Below are positions 9,776-19,461 of a stretch of DNA of 64,000 bases, one piece after another (within the stretch, counting starts at the first letter, position 1; every line of letters starts with the position of its first letter). Where the stretch lies: contig CATNEN010000015.1 of NCBI GenBank assembly GCA_950097015.1, positions 1,364,001 through 1,428,000 on the forward strand. Reading direction: 5' to 3'. This stretch comes from Macrostomum hystrix (taxonomy: Eukaryota > Animalia > Platyhelminthes). The notes under the pieces were generated by a model. It made no database searches, was not told the DNA's origin, and worked only from the letters and a program-made list of their open reading frames with translations. The position numbers and the translations under genes are program-made.

Positions 9776-12700
9776 ATGCCAAAGGAAACAGAAGAATCTG
9801 AAGACCAGGCAAGCGCGGCCGCAGAGGAGCAAGAGCTTCAACTAATGGAGGCCAAGGCCAACAAGACCAAGGCAAAGACTGCGTTTACAAAAAGCAGAAA
9901 TCGGCTCGTGCAACGACTTGCAGCTGGGGCCAGCGATTTTTCTGAAGTGCAGCAACTCGCGACCACGCTGGAGCATCAGTTTGACGACGTCACGGCTGCA
10001 CTGGAGAAGCTGCTGGAGATCGCCGACGACAATATTCCGATGCGTCACCAGACCCTGAAGGAGATCGACACCGTAGAGAGCGATTACGGTGAAACAGTGA
10101 TTCTAATGACGGAAATGCTAAAAGGCGTTAGAAAGCAGGCTGCGGCTGAGGAAGAGGAAGGTGCGCGACTGGCGGAAAGGGAAGAACAAAAGCGATTGGA
10201 ACAGCAGCGTAAAGAGGCGGAGTTGAGGGCTCTAGAGCTGGAGAGTGCGCAGATAGAGCTTGAGAATGATTACCGGCGGCGGAACGAGCAGCTAGCAGAG
10301 GAGTTGAAGCGGCTAAGAGTTGTTACCGGCAAGGCAGACGGAGTTGGCGCAGGCACAAGCTTAACTGAGAGGGCCGAGTTAGAGAGAGATGAATCAGGTG
10401 GCAGGGGTAAGCAGGCTGATGGGACTGCCCACGAAGGGGGGTCTGAAACGCGATCGATACAGCCAATGCCTAGCCCAAAAACCCCAGCGGCTGTACAGTC
10501 ACGCTCGCCCAATGTACATCAGCAGACTGTGCATCCACTGAGTACGTCGAGAGGGGCAGAAGTTGAGGCACAAGTGAGCAATGATATGTGGCGCCAATTG
10601 CAGCGAGTTGCGATTCCTAACTTCGCCGGTGATAAGCGACAGTATGAAGGTTGGAAAGCCGCGTTTTATGCATGTGTGGATGCGGCACCCTCTTCTCAGG
10701 TGTACAAGTTGCTGCAGCTTAGGCAGTGCCTGCAAGGTGAAGCGTTGCGGCTCATAGCGAACTTAGGGCATTCAGAATATGCGTACAAGGCAGCACTGGA
10801 GAGACTGGAAAGAGAGTACGGAGGAGAGCGGCGTAGGCTGGTGCTAGTAATAGAAGATTTGGACAGTTTTCGTCCAATTGTGATGGAGAGCGCGCCTCAA
10901 CTAAAGAAGCTGGCGGACTTGTTAGATGTCGCGGTGATCAATCTGATGGAAGCAGGGCGAGAGTCGGAGCTTAATAGCAACGGTCTTCTGCATCTTCGAG
11001 TGCAGAAAAAGCTACCGACGGACACGCTAGCCCGCTATCATAGATGGATAGGAGACAGCGGAAGAGCTGACACATTGAGCGCTCTTCATCAATGGCTGCT
11101 GCGCGAATCGGAGTACCAGACGGTCGCTATGGAGGCTGTGCGAGGAATCGCTGCTCAAGGCGCATCAGGCTTGACAAAGCATGATAATAGTAAAAGATTC
11201 CCACCGCCGCAGCGTACGGAGACACTTCGAACTCACTTTGGAGAAACACCGGAGACTGGAGCGATCAGTGAGATACGAAAGAAGAGCTGCCGTTTCTGCG
11301 AAGGACCACATGGCGTCTGGGACTGCCCAAAGTTTGCTGAGCTGGATGTGGCAAAGCGGTGGGCAAAGGCTCGTGAGAAGAGGCTTTGCTTTCATTGTCT
11401 AGGTGTCAATCACTCCGGACTAACTTGTCGTCGCGCCAGACCTTGCGGAGTAGACGGTTGTCTTGGGAAACATCATTCGATGCTTCATCAAAATCGGGAA
11501 GCGAGGCCACCGGTGAGTAGAACGGAGGAAGCGTCAAAGAAGGCGGCGGTGTCTGGATCATGGTTGAAGAAGGAGCGCACGATGCTGGCTGAGGTGGCAA
11601 AAGAGACCGCGCTACGGACGGTGCCGGTAGTGCTAGTTGCTGGTGAACGTCAGGTGCGAATCAACGCGTTGCTGGATGATGCGAGCACTCGTACGTATCT
11701 CAATGCGGATGTAGCGGCCGAGCTAGGTCTAGAAGGAAAACCGCAGCGAATCAGTGTCAAAGTGCTTAACGGAGGAATCGAGTCGTTTGAAACAGCACCA
11801 GTCGAGGTCACGGTTCAAAGTATCGACGGCGCATTTGAAGCAAGCGTGGTAGCGTTCACGGCAGAGAAGGTGACGGGCGGCATGAAGGCAGTTGATTGGA
11901 GCAGACTGGCTGAGCACTGGGCGCACCTCCGAGGAATTCCCTTTGATTCCACAGCAGGCCGTCCAACTGTCGATATGCTGATTGGAGTCGACAATGCAGA
12001 GATGCATCTGGCATGCAAAGAAGTCTGCGGAATGCCTGGTGAGCCAATAGCAAGGCTAACACCAATCGGATGGACCTGTATCGGTCAAGTGGATCAGGAG
12101 GGAGGCAGCAACCAGAGATTGGAATCGTTCCTCTGTCACGAGTGCCAAGACCAGGTCAACAGTGAGATACAGAAGTTGTGGACGATCGATGACGTGCCAG
12201 ACTCTGCTGCGCTGAATGGTGGCAGGGGTACGCTAACGAAGGATGAGCAGTGCGCGTTGAAAGCAGTAAAAAACTCGATGACTATGGTGGACGGCAGATA
12301 TCAGGTGTCAATTCCATGGAAGGCGCGGGACTGTGAGCTGCCGAATAACCGAGAGATGGCGGAGCGGAGACTGGTGAGCACAGAGAAGAGGCTGCAGCAA
12401 AGAGAGGGATTAACAAGAGAATATCAGGCGGTGCTGGACGGTCAGCTGGCAAAAGGCTATGTCAAGAAGGTCGGAGACATTAACGAAAGTCAAGCCACCA
12501 ATTGGTATCTGCCGCATTTTCCTGTCATCCGTGAAGACAAGGATACCACCAAGGTGCGAATGGTCTTCGATGCATCGGCGCGTAGTCAAGGAAAAAGTCT
12601 GAACGACATTATTCTGCCAGGGCCAAAGCTGCAGAATGACCTCTTTAAAGTGCTGCTACGTTTTCGTCGTGGTCCCGTAGCGGTCGTCTGCGACATCGAA

Positions 12701-15517
12701 GAAATGTATCTCCGCATACGCATTGCACCAGAAGATCGAAGTTTCTTGCGTTTCCTGTGGCGCGCTGGACAAGTTGACCAAACACCGGAAGTTTTTGAGT
12801 TTCAGAGTGTCGTATTCGGTGTCAATTGCTCGCCGTTTCTGGCACAGTTCGTGTCGCAGGAGCATGCCAGGAAGCACCAGGTGCTGTTCCCCAGAGCAGC
12901 GGAGACGATTCTGAAGTCCACTTACATGGACGACAGTTTAGACTCAGTGAACGACGTAGAAGAAGCAATTGCGCTCCGCAACGAGGTGTCAGCTCTATGG
13001 GCCAAAGCCGGGATGAGAGCACGAAAATGGATGTCGAATTCGGCCGAGGTGCTGGAAACGATCCCGGTGGAAGATCGAGCCATAAAAGCGCAGCATGTGA
13101 TTCGCGGCGAGACAGCTTCATCGAAGGCGCTGGGAGTGACCTGGACAGGCCACGATGACATGCTCTCGGTCACTGGAAGTGAAGTCGGCAAGACAGCGCG
13201 AGTAGAATCAAAGCGACAGCTGCTTAAACGAGTGGCGAGTGTCTTCGATCCGTGCGGCTTTCTCAGTCCGTTCACGATTCGCGGAAGAATTCTCCTGCAG
13301 GAGATTTGGCAGAATGGAGCTGACTGGGACGAGCCGTTAGATCACCAAACTGGTGCGAAAGCCACACAATGGGCTGCTGAGATCGTGGCGCTAAGCTGTC
13401 TAACAATCCCAAGATGTCTATGGCCAGATCCAAGCAAGAAGGCGGTGCTGCACGTTTTTGTCGATGCGTCTCAGCTAGCATATGGCACGGTTATTTACTT
13501 GAGGAGCACGACCGGAGCTCAAATCTGCGTACGGCAAGCGGCAGCGAAGGCACGGGTTGCTCCACTGACAACCTGCAGCATTCCAAGACTGGAGCTCATG
13601 GCAGCAGTGCTTGGCGTTCGGCTAGCTCAGACGGTAGCAGAGGCACTCAACTTGGAGTTAAAGGAAGCGGTGTTCTGGAGTGACAGCACTAATGTGCTCT
13701 GGTGGCTGCGAGGTCGGAGTCGGATTTTTAAGCCTTTCGTAGCGAACCGGGTTGCGCTTATTCAAGAGGTGGTGAGGACCAACCAATGGCGACATGTACC
13801 AACTGATCACCATCCTGCAGATGTCGTGTCACGAGGCTGCAGCGCGGAAGAGCTTTGCCAGTCCGCAGTCTGGACGGAAGGACCCGCTTTTTTGAGAGGG
13901 GAGGAGGAAAACTGGCCGGAGAAGCTGGTTCCAATGGCAGATGGTGGAGATCAGGAAGTGCGGCGGGAAGCGATGAAGAGCGGTTCAAGTGTCGCCATGA
14001 TGACGATGTTGGCTGATGAAGTACCAGAGGTCGAGTGGCGACTGGATCCAGTACGATTTTCCAGCTACAAGAGGCTGCGCAGTGTTACGGCTTGGGTTCG
14101 GCGCTTTATCTTTAATTGTGGAGTGTCACTGGGTCAGCGTCGTCAAGGTGAACTAAGTGTCGACGAACTGCAAGAAGCTGAGGAAGCTATTCTTCAAAGA
14201 GCGCAGGATGAAGCATTCCGCGCTGAGCTTCGTCAAGTGCGTGCCGAGAGGTCGGTCCTACCAACCAGTCATCTCCGCTGTCTGCAGCCGTTTTTAGACA
14301 GTGCGGGGCTTTTGCTCGTAGATGGCAGACTGATGTTCGACCAAAATCTGCCCTACCAGGCCAAGCATCCAGTCATCCTGCCGAGGCGAAGCTGGACTAC
14401 GAAGTTGCTGGTGAAGCACTACCACGAAGAGCAAGGGCATGGTGGGACGAACCAGACGTTGTCCGCGCTTTCAACTAAGTTTTGGCTGATCGGTGGTCGC
14501 GAAGCTATACGTGAATGGGAGAAGGAGTGTGCTCACTGCAGAAGGCAGAAGGCAGTGCCGCAGGTGCAGCAGATGGCGCCGTTGCCGGAAGCAAGGCTCA
14601 GAAAGTCCCTTCGAGCATTTAGTTGCGTCGCAGTAGATTACGGAGGCCCATTTGAGACGGTGCAGGGACGTGGAAAACGACGCCAGAAGAGGTACCTGGC
14701 CCTCTTCACCTGTTTGGAAACGAGAGCAGTGCACCTAGAGATGGCGTATGGTTTGGATTCGGATTCTTTTTTAAATGCGTTCGCCCGAATGATCAATCGC
14801 AGAGGAAAGCCGGTGGAAGTATTTTCCGATAATGGTGGAAACTTTGTGAAGGGTGAAAGAGAGCTGAGGAGTTTCGAAAGAGAGCAGCAAGAAAAACTGA
14901 GACGGTCAGCAGCCGAGCGTGGCATCAAGTGGCATTTCCAGCCTCCATCCGCGCCCCATTTTGGTGGGGCTCATGAAGTCATGATCCGCGCCGCCAAGCG
15001 AGCCGTGCACGCGATTCTCGGCAACGCTGACATCACGGACGAGGAGTTGCACTCCGCCTTCACTGGTGCTGAGGCCCTAATCAATGCAAGGCCATTGACG
15101 TACCAGACCTCAAATCCGAAGGACGACACTCCGTTGACACCCAACCATTTTCTACATGGCCAGCTGGGCGGCGACTTTGCTCCGGAAGCCGAGAACGAAA
15201 GCAACCAAGGTCTACGACGACGGTGGCGACGTGTTCAGGAGCTTGTGCGGCACTTCTGGCACCGCTGGTTGCGCGAATGGGTCCCCAGGCTCAACGCGAG
15301 GTCCAAGTGGTTCAACGAGCAGCCCGACCTAGCCATTGGAGACATCGTCCTGGTGCTGACACCGAACGATCCGCGAGGACAATGGCCGCTCGGACGGGTG
15401 CTCGAAGTTTTCCCTGGCCGGGACGGCCGCGTGCGAGTTGCGAAGCTTCGAACTAGCGGTGGGCCTGTGCTGCGGCCAGTGACTAGATTGTGTCTCCATC
15501 AGCGTGATGGTCAGTGA
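9776..15517 (+). CDS. BEL/Pao Gag-Pol polyprotein (~1913 aa from ATG 9776)
   Basis: Three Cys/His knuckles (CRFCEGPHGVWDC, CFHCLGVNHSGLTC, CGVDGCLGKHHSMLH), protease LLDDAS, RT YMDD, Pao RNase H (FVDASQLAYG), integrase HHCC and DDE (VDYGGP, SDNG); no stops or frameshifts. Confidence 0.97.
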   Translation: MPKETEESEDQASAAAEEQELQLMEAKANKTKAKTAFTKSRNRLVQRLAAGASDFSEVQQLATTLEHQFDDVTAALEKLLEIADDNIPMRHQTLKEIDTVESDYGETVILMTEMLKGVRKQAAAEEEEGARLAEREEQKRLEQQRKEAELRALELESAQIELENDYRRRNEQLAEELKRLRVVTGKADGVGAGTSLTERAELERDESGGRGKQADGTAHEGGSETRSIQPMPSPKTPAAVQSRSPNVHQQTVHPLSTSRGAEVEAQVSNDMWRQLQRVAIPNFAGDKRQYEGWKAAFYACVDAAPSSQVYKLLQLRQCLQGEALRLIANLGHSEYAYKAALERLEREYGGERRRLVLVIEDLDSFRPIVMESAPQLKKLADLLDVAVINLMEAGRESELNSNGLLHLRVQKKLPTDTLARYHRWIGDSGRADTLSALHQWLLRESEYQTVAMEAVRGIAAQGASGLTKHDNSKRFPPPQRTETLRTHFGETPETGAISEIRKKSCRFCEGPHGVWDCPKFAELDVAKRWAKAREKRLCFHCLGVNHSGLTCRRARPCGVDGCLGKHHSMLHQNREARPPVSRTEEASKKAAVSGSWLKKERTMLAEVAKETALRTVPVVLVAGERQVRINALLDDASTRTYLNADVAAELGLEGKPQRISVKVLNGGIESFETAPVEVTVQSIDGAFEASVVAFTAEKVTGGMKAVDWSRLAEHWAHLRGIPFDSTAGRPTVDMLIGVDNAEMHLACKEVCGMPGEPIARLTPIGWTCIGQVDQEGGSNQRLESFLCHECQDQVNSEIQKLWTIDDVPDSAALNGGRGTLTKDEQCALKAVKNSMTMVDGRYQVSIPWKARDCELPNNREMAERRLVSTEKRLQQREGLTREYQAVLDGQLAKGYVKKVGDINESQATNWYLPHFPVIREDKDTTKVRMVFDASARSQGKSLNDIILPGPKLQNDLFKVLLRFRRGPVAVVCDIEEMYLRIRIAPEDRSFLRFLWRAGQVDQTPEVFEFQSVVFGVNCSPFLAQFVSQEHARKHQVLFPRAAETILKSTYMDDSLDSVNDVEEAIALRNEVSALWAKAGMRARKWMSNSAEVLETIPVEDRAIKAQHVIRGETASSKALGVTWTGHDDMLSVTGSEVGKTARVESKRQLLKRVASVFDPCGFLSPFTIRGRILLQEIWQNGADWDEPLDHQTGAKATQWAAEIVALSCLTIPRCLWPDPSKKAVLHVFVDASQLAYGTVIYLRSTTGAQICVRQAAAKARVAPLTTCSIPRLELMAAVLGVRLAQTVAEALNLELKEAVFWSDSTNVLWWLRGRSRIFKPFVANRVALIQEVVRTNQWRHVPTDHHPADVVSRGCSAEELCQSAVWTEGPAFLRGEEENWPEKLVPMADGGDQEVRREAMKSGSSVAMMTMLADEVPEVEWRLDPVRFSSYKRLRSVTAWVRRFIFNCGVSLGQRRQGELSVDELQEAEEAILQRAQDEAFRAELRQVRAERSVLPTSHLRCLQPFLDSAGLLLVDGRLMFDQNLPYQAKHPVILPRRSWTTKLLVKHYHEEQGHGGTNQTLSALSTKFWLIGGREAIREWEKECAHCRRQKAVPQVQQMAPLPEARLRKSLRAFSCVAVDYGGPFETVQGRGKRRQKRYLALFTCLETRAVHLEMAYGLDSDSFLNAFARMINRRGKPVEVFSDNGGNFVKGERELRSFEREQQEKLRRSAAERGIKWHFQPPSAPHFGGAHEVMIRAAKRAVHAILGNADITDEELHSAFTGAEALINARPLTYQTSNPKDDTPLTPNHFLHGQLGGDFAPEAENESNQGLRRRWRRVQELVRHFWHRWLREWVPRLNARSKWFNEQPDLAIGDIVLVLTPNDPRGQWPLGRVLEVFPGRDGRVRVAKLRTSGGPVLRPVTRLCLHQRDGQ

Positions 15518-16058
15518 TTGCTCAGAAAGTGACTGTCTTGTGAAAGTACAAACTGTTAATTAATGTTGTGTTTTTTGGATTAATTGGTGTTTCTGTTGAA
15601 TTTCTGATGCTGTTGTTAGTGGTTTAACCGTTGCCTTTTGCATAGTCTTTGCATGGTTTTCCTGCTATTGTGGGTATTAGGACTAGTTTTTCGCTTTAGA
15701 TCGTTTATGTCGCATATTTGCACTAATAATGTCTTGTGTTTTCAAGGATTTCGCTGGTCAACCATTTTTTTGCGCAAAGATTTCTGTCGGTTATGGTTTC
15801 TTTAAAAATGCTTTACAGCTATGAAGTAGTGAAAATTTTGCCTTTGTGATTTTACAGTGTTTCATTATTCCTTTTGGTGTTGGTTGTCATTAGTTGCGGG
15901 ATCGGCGGTTAATAGTTTCATGAGCCTGTAATCCGCGTTCCTAATGTTTTCTCGGTTTTGAGTTTATCAAGTTTATCATATTTGCTTTTTTGTTTTGTTG
16001 CACGGCTTCTTTGTTGTGTGGGATTTGGTTTTCGCCTTTTTGCTGATAGTGCTCTATC

Positions 16059-16069
16059 AGGAAGGGAGG
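16059..16069 (+). promoter_or_regulatory. Polypurine tract (aggaagggagg)
   Basis: Lies just upstream of the 3' LTR. Confidence 0.8.
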
Positions 16070-16071
16070 TA

Positions 16072-16412
16072 TGTTCGGATGGTTATTATTTGTCGGGCTG
16101 CGTTGTTCTGCAAAATTATTATTATTATTTTTCTCGGCCTAGGTACATGGATGCCAAGGTTGTGTCGGCCCTTACTGTACGTTCTTTCCGCGTGCGCCAG
16201 CCACCCCATTTTTTATAGTATATCAAGCGCTGCTGGACGTTCAATAAGATTAAAGGTGTTGTGTTTTTTTGTTTGTTTGTTTTTCAATTAAAGATTGCCT
16301 GCGCGAGATCGCAGCGTTGACTGCAGGCTTTACGGAGGCCTGACCTAGTGTTAGAACAAAAAAGTTGATATCTTTGTTTCCTTCCGGTTCTCTTGTCTTT
16401 GACTGAAAAACA
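16072..16412 (+). repeat. 3' LTR of the BEL/Pao element
   Basis: Copy of 9408-9748, followed by the TSD GTGAT. Confidence 0.95.
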
Positions 16413-16854
16413 GTGATCATTTGCATCGTTAGCCCGATGCTCTCGCCTGTGAAATCGCATTCAGGTTTCGTGTGAGAATTTTTTTTACGTTTGACTAAAG
16501 TTTGATCGGTTTTGATTTGCTACCCTCAGCAAAAATATATAGGATTTAATAATTGGAACCAACTTTAAAGAGTGCAATGTGATCAAGTGTCAATTTATAA
16601 CTTTAGAAAGTTTGCCTCTAAAAATACTACTTACTAATTGAACAAAGTAGTATATGCCTAAATGCCAAGTTTTATAGTGAGGCTCAGAAAGCTCTACAGT
16701 AAACGAATCAAGAAACCTGCCTGCATCGCAGACTATCATTCGGGTTCTCAATGCCGTTGTTCTGTCCTGTAGGCCTAGGGCCGTTTTATCATCCTGCTGA
16801 GGGCAATTGTGGTGTTGGGTGCCTTTTCAAGTCGGCGACCAGATGCGAAGCAAA

Positions 16855-17201
16855 CTATAGAGCCATGTCATCAACTCTGCGAGTCAGTGACGTCATTAGC
16901 CCGACGATCTGCAATCTCGAGGACGCCACAATACCGTCAAAGTTTTCATTATATTCTGTTCCCACCGACCTGTCTGATGCTGCCGTCAGGTAGCGCTGGC
17001 GGCAGCATCGCTATAGAGCCATGTCATCAACTCTGCGAGTCAGTGACGTCATTAGCCCGACGATCTGCAAGCTCGAGGACGCCACAATACCGTCTGCCTG
17101 CCATCACGCCGGTGTGAGATTGACCTTGGCAACGCAACGCCGCCAGCGCTACCTGACGGCAGCATCAGACAGGTCGGTGGGAACAGAATATAATGAAAAC
17201 T
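16855..17201. repeat. Interleaved direct (84 bp: 16855-16938 / 17011-17094) and inverted (63 bp: 16941-17003 / 17139-17201) duplication
   Basis: Arms compared by eye; the inverted arms are perfect reverse complements. Confidence 0.9.
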
Positions 17202-18469
17202 GGGGCAGAGACGTGAGCAGTATGTGACTGTTAGCAACGCTGATGTGCTTGACACAATCACAGAGTTGCTGTGCTGGGGTCAGGTCATTTATACTTTAGT
17301 CCTTTATACAAGGACAAGACCACTAGGAGTTCTAGAAGTACTACTATAGTTGTCCTTTGGTTTATGCCTTTTTGGCGTTGACTTATGAACATGCGCTGTC
17401 GCCACACGCAAAAGTACATCAAGCGCACGTTATACATGAGCATGAATCAATCAATTGAGCATCAATCCTTACTTAGGCATTAAGGACTACAGCTTCAGAC
17501 TTATGTAATCATATCACTAATACATTTTCAAAAACATCGTTTCAAGCAAGTTCCGTCAAAGGATCTCTTTGAATCTCTTTGTAAATTAAATGAAATTAGT
17601 AATAAAGCATGAAGTCCACAGTGCGTAGAAGCGGCTTTTGCATGACATCGATGGGATTTAGTCATTGCTCAGCAGAACGCTGCGGTCTGAGTCTCATGGT
17701 ACTCAGATAGGTCGCATGCCACAGGCTGCCAATTGAACTCAACTGAAAGAACTCAGCCTGCCAGTTTGGGTCGGGTTATTCGCATTCCGTGCACGCAGCG
17801 GGTATTGCCAACAGCAGGCATTGGGGCCGGTATCCAACATAACTGCCAGAGCCACAGTTGCTGCTGCATACGTGATTGGCATTCCCTTGTTGCCACCCGA
17901 TACTGCGTGATGACTGTCAGTCATTTGACATGCATTTCAGTGGGGGCATTGTGTGCGCATTAGTGTGTGTGGGAGCCCGTGCATACATGCGCATTAGCTG
18001 AGGTTTGGCTATTGTTTAGAACCGCTAACTGTGAGGTCCCTGTGCTCGCATGAGTTGCTAAATGTGCCAGATATTTGAAACCAAACAGCTCGGGTGACTT
18101 GAAGTGGGCAGGTTCAACTGTCAGTTTCATTGTTCAGTAACTTTTAAAAGCACCTGCAAGACACCCGATCCTGTTTTACCTACACTCAAGTGTAATTAGT
18201 CCAGTGGGGATGGGACATGGGATAAAAATTTAACATCGCCTCACCCCCAGCTTGACCTTTCATTATGATAAAACGTGCTCGTAAATTAGCTCAGAGTTTA
18301 ACTATTACTGATGCGAATCTTGTCAGGGCTTGTGATAAGTGATAAAAAGGCCGATCAACAAATATATATGTTATAAAAATAATAGTAATAATATTAAACT
18401 AATGCAGCTGCCCCCAAAGGGCAAGATGGGCATCCGACAGCACAGTCGCAGCTATTGCTGTTCAATCTA

Positions 18470-18600
18470 TAGACTGGGGAGACGCCACACATCCTTTGAG
18501 CCAATGCAAAGTTGGATTCGTGAATCGAACCCCTGACCTTCAAGTTGAACTTCCGGTCTCTCGATCAGAAGTCGGACTGAGCTGCTCTAATCAATGGACG
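18470..18600 (-). mobile_element. Truncated SINE family 1 fragment
   Basis: gacgccacac core and B-box complement (gaatcgaacc) shared with the other copies. Confidence 0.55.
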
Positions 18601-19461
18601 ATAATTGCTTCCAAAGCAAACTAAAAAACGCAAAACTTTGTTTCATTTCACTTTCTCTGTTTCAATTTCATTTAGTTCAATCAATTCCAAGTTGCTTGAC
18701 GACTATTGGACACATTAATTAATGCCAAAAATCCTAAAATAAGTTTACTAGCTAATGATACCGAGCTTTAGAAAGCTTTATACTAGAATATTTGCCTTCG
18801 CTGAGTAGGATAAGTTTCTGGACATGCTGTTGAGTTCTAGTCAATCTAGCAAGCGGTGTGAATCCGCAGCAGCTGCCACTTGAACACGACCGGTTCTGAC
18901 ACTCGGCTCCTGGTTCTAGATCCTGATGCCGGAGCGATGGGCACAGCGTGGCGCTGCTCGGCATGCACCTCTTCACGATCGATGGAGTCGAGATCTGGGA
19001 TTCGAGTGGAATTGGTGTTCAGCAAGGTTAAAGGTGAGAATAAGCTGAGCGGGGCTGCAAGACACAAGGTAGAGCTAGTGGTCACACTTTTTTGGGAACA
19101 TCATTTACGAATATGATCTAAAAAAGCAAACTAAACAAGGGTCATAAACATCATTAGCATTTTGCGCACTGCAAAATGCACCAAAAAACCGGATTTTGCT
19201 ATTGGCAGTAGCCGCCGAACGCATTGGCAGTGGCTCCTCATATGGCTCGCAGAAGCATTCTGATTGGTTGCTTCTGTATTCCCTGAATATTTTTCCGAAT
19301 TTAACATTTCCCGCCGCAATATCGCTGCTGTATTTTCACTCCTCTCATATCAAGAACCGCAAAGTCAGACGTTTGGAAGCGAACTCTGCTCAAAATAAAA
19401 AGTAAAATTAGGAATTGCAGCCAGCAGACCTGCAAGCTGCTTGGCGCCTAATCTGACAGCC

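Larger units (their letters stand above)
9408..16412 (+). mobile_element. Full-length BEL/Pao LTR retrotransposon with 5-bp TSD GTGAT
   Basis: Two 341-bp TG...CA LTRs; GTGAT at 9403-9407 and 16413-16417; PBS, PPT and a single gag-pol ORF in Pao order (PR-RT-RNaseH-IN). Confidence 0.97.

Noticed and set aside
9842-15456. Many antisense and alternate-frame ORFs inside the retrotransposon, ISWI and TYMP
   Set aside because: Shadow ORFs of GC-rich coding sequence with no independent motifs.
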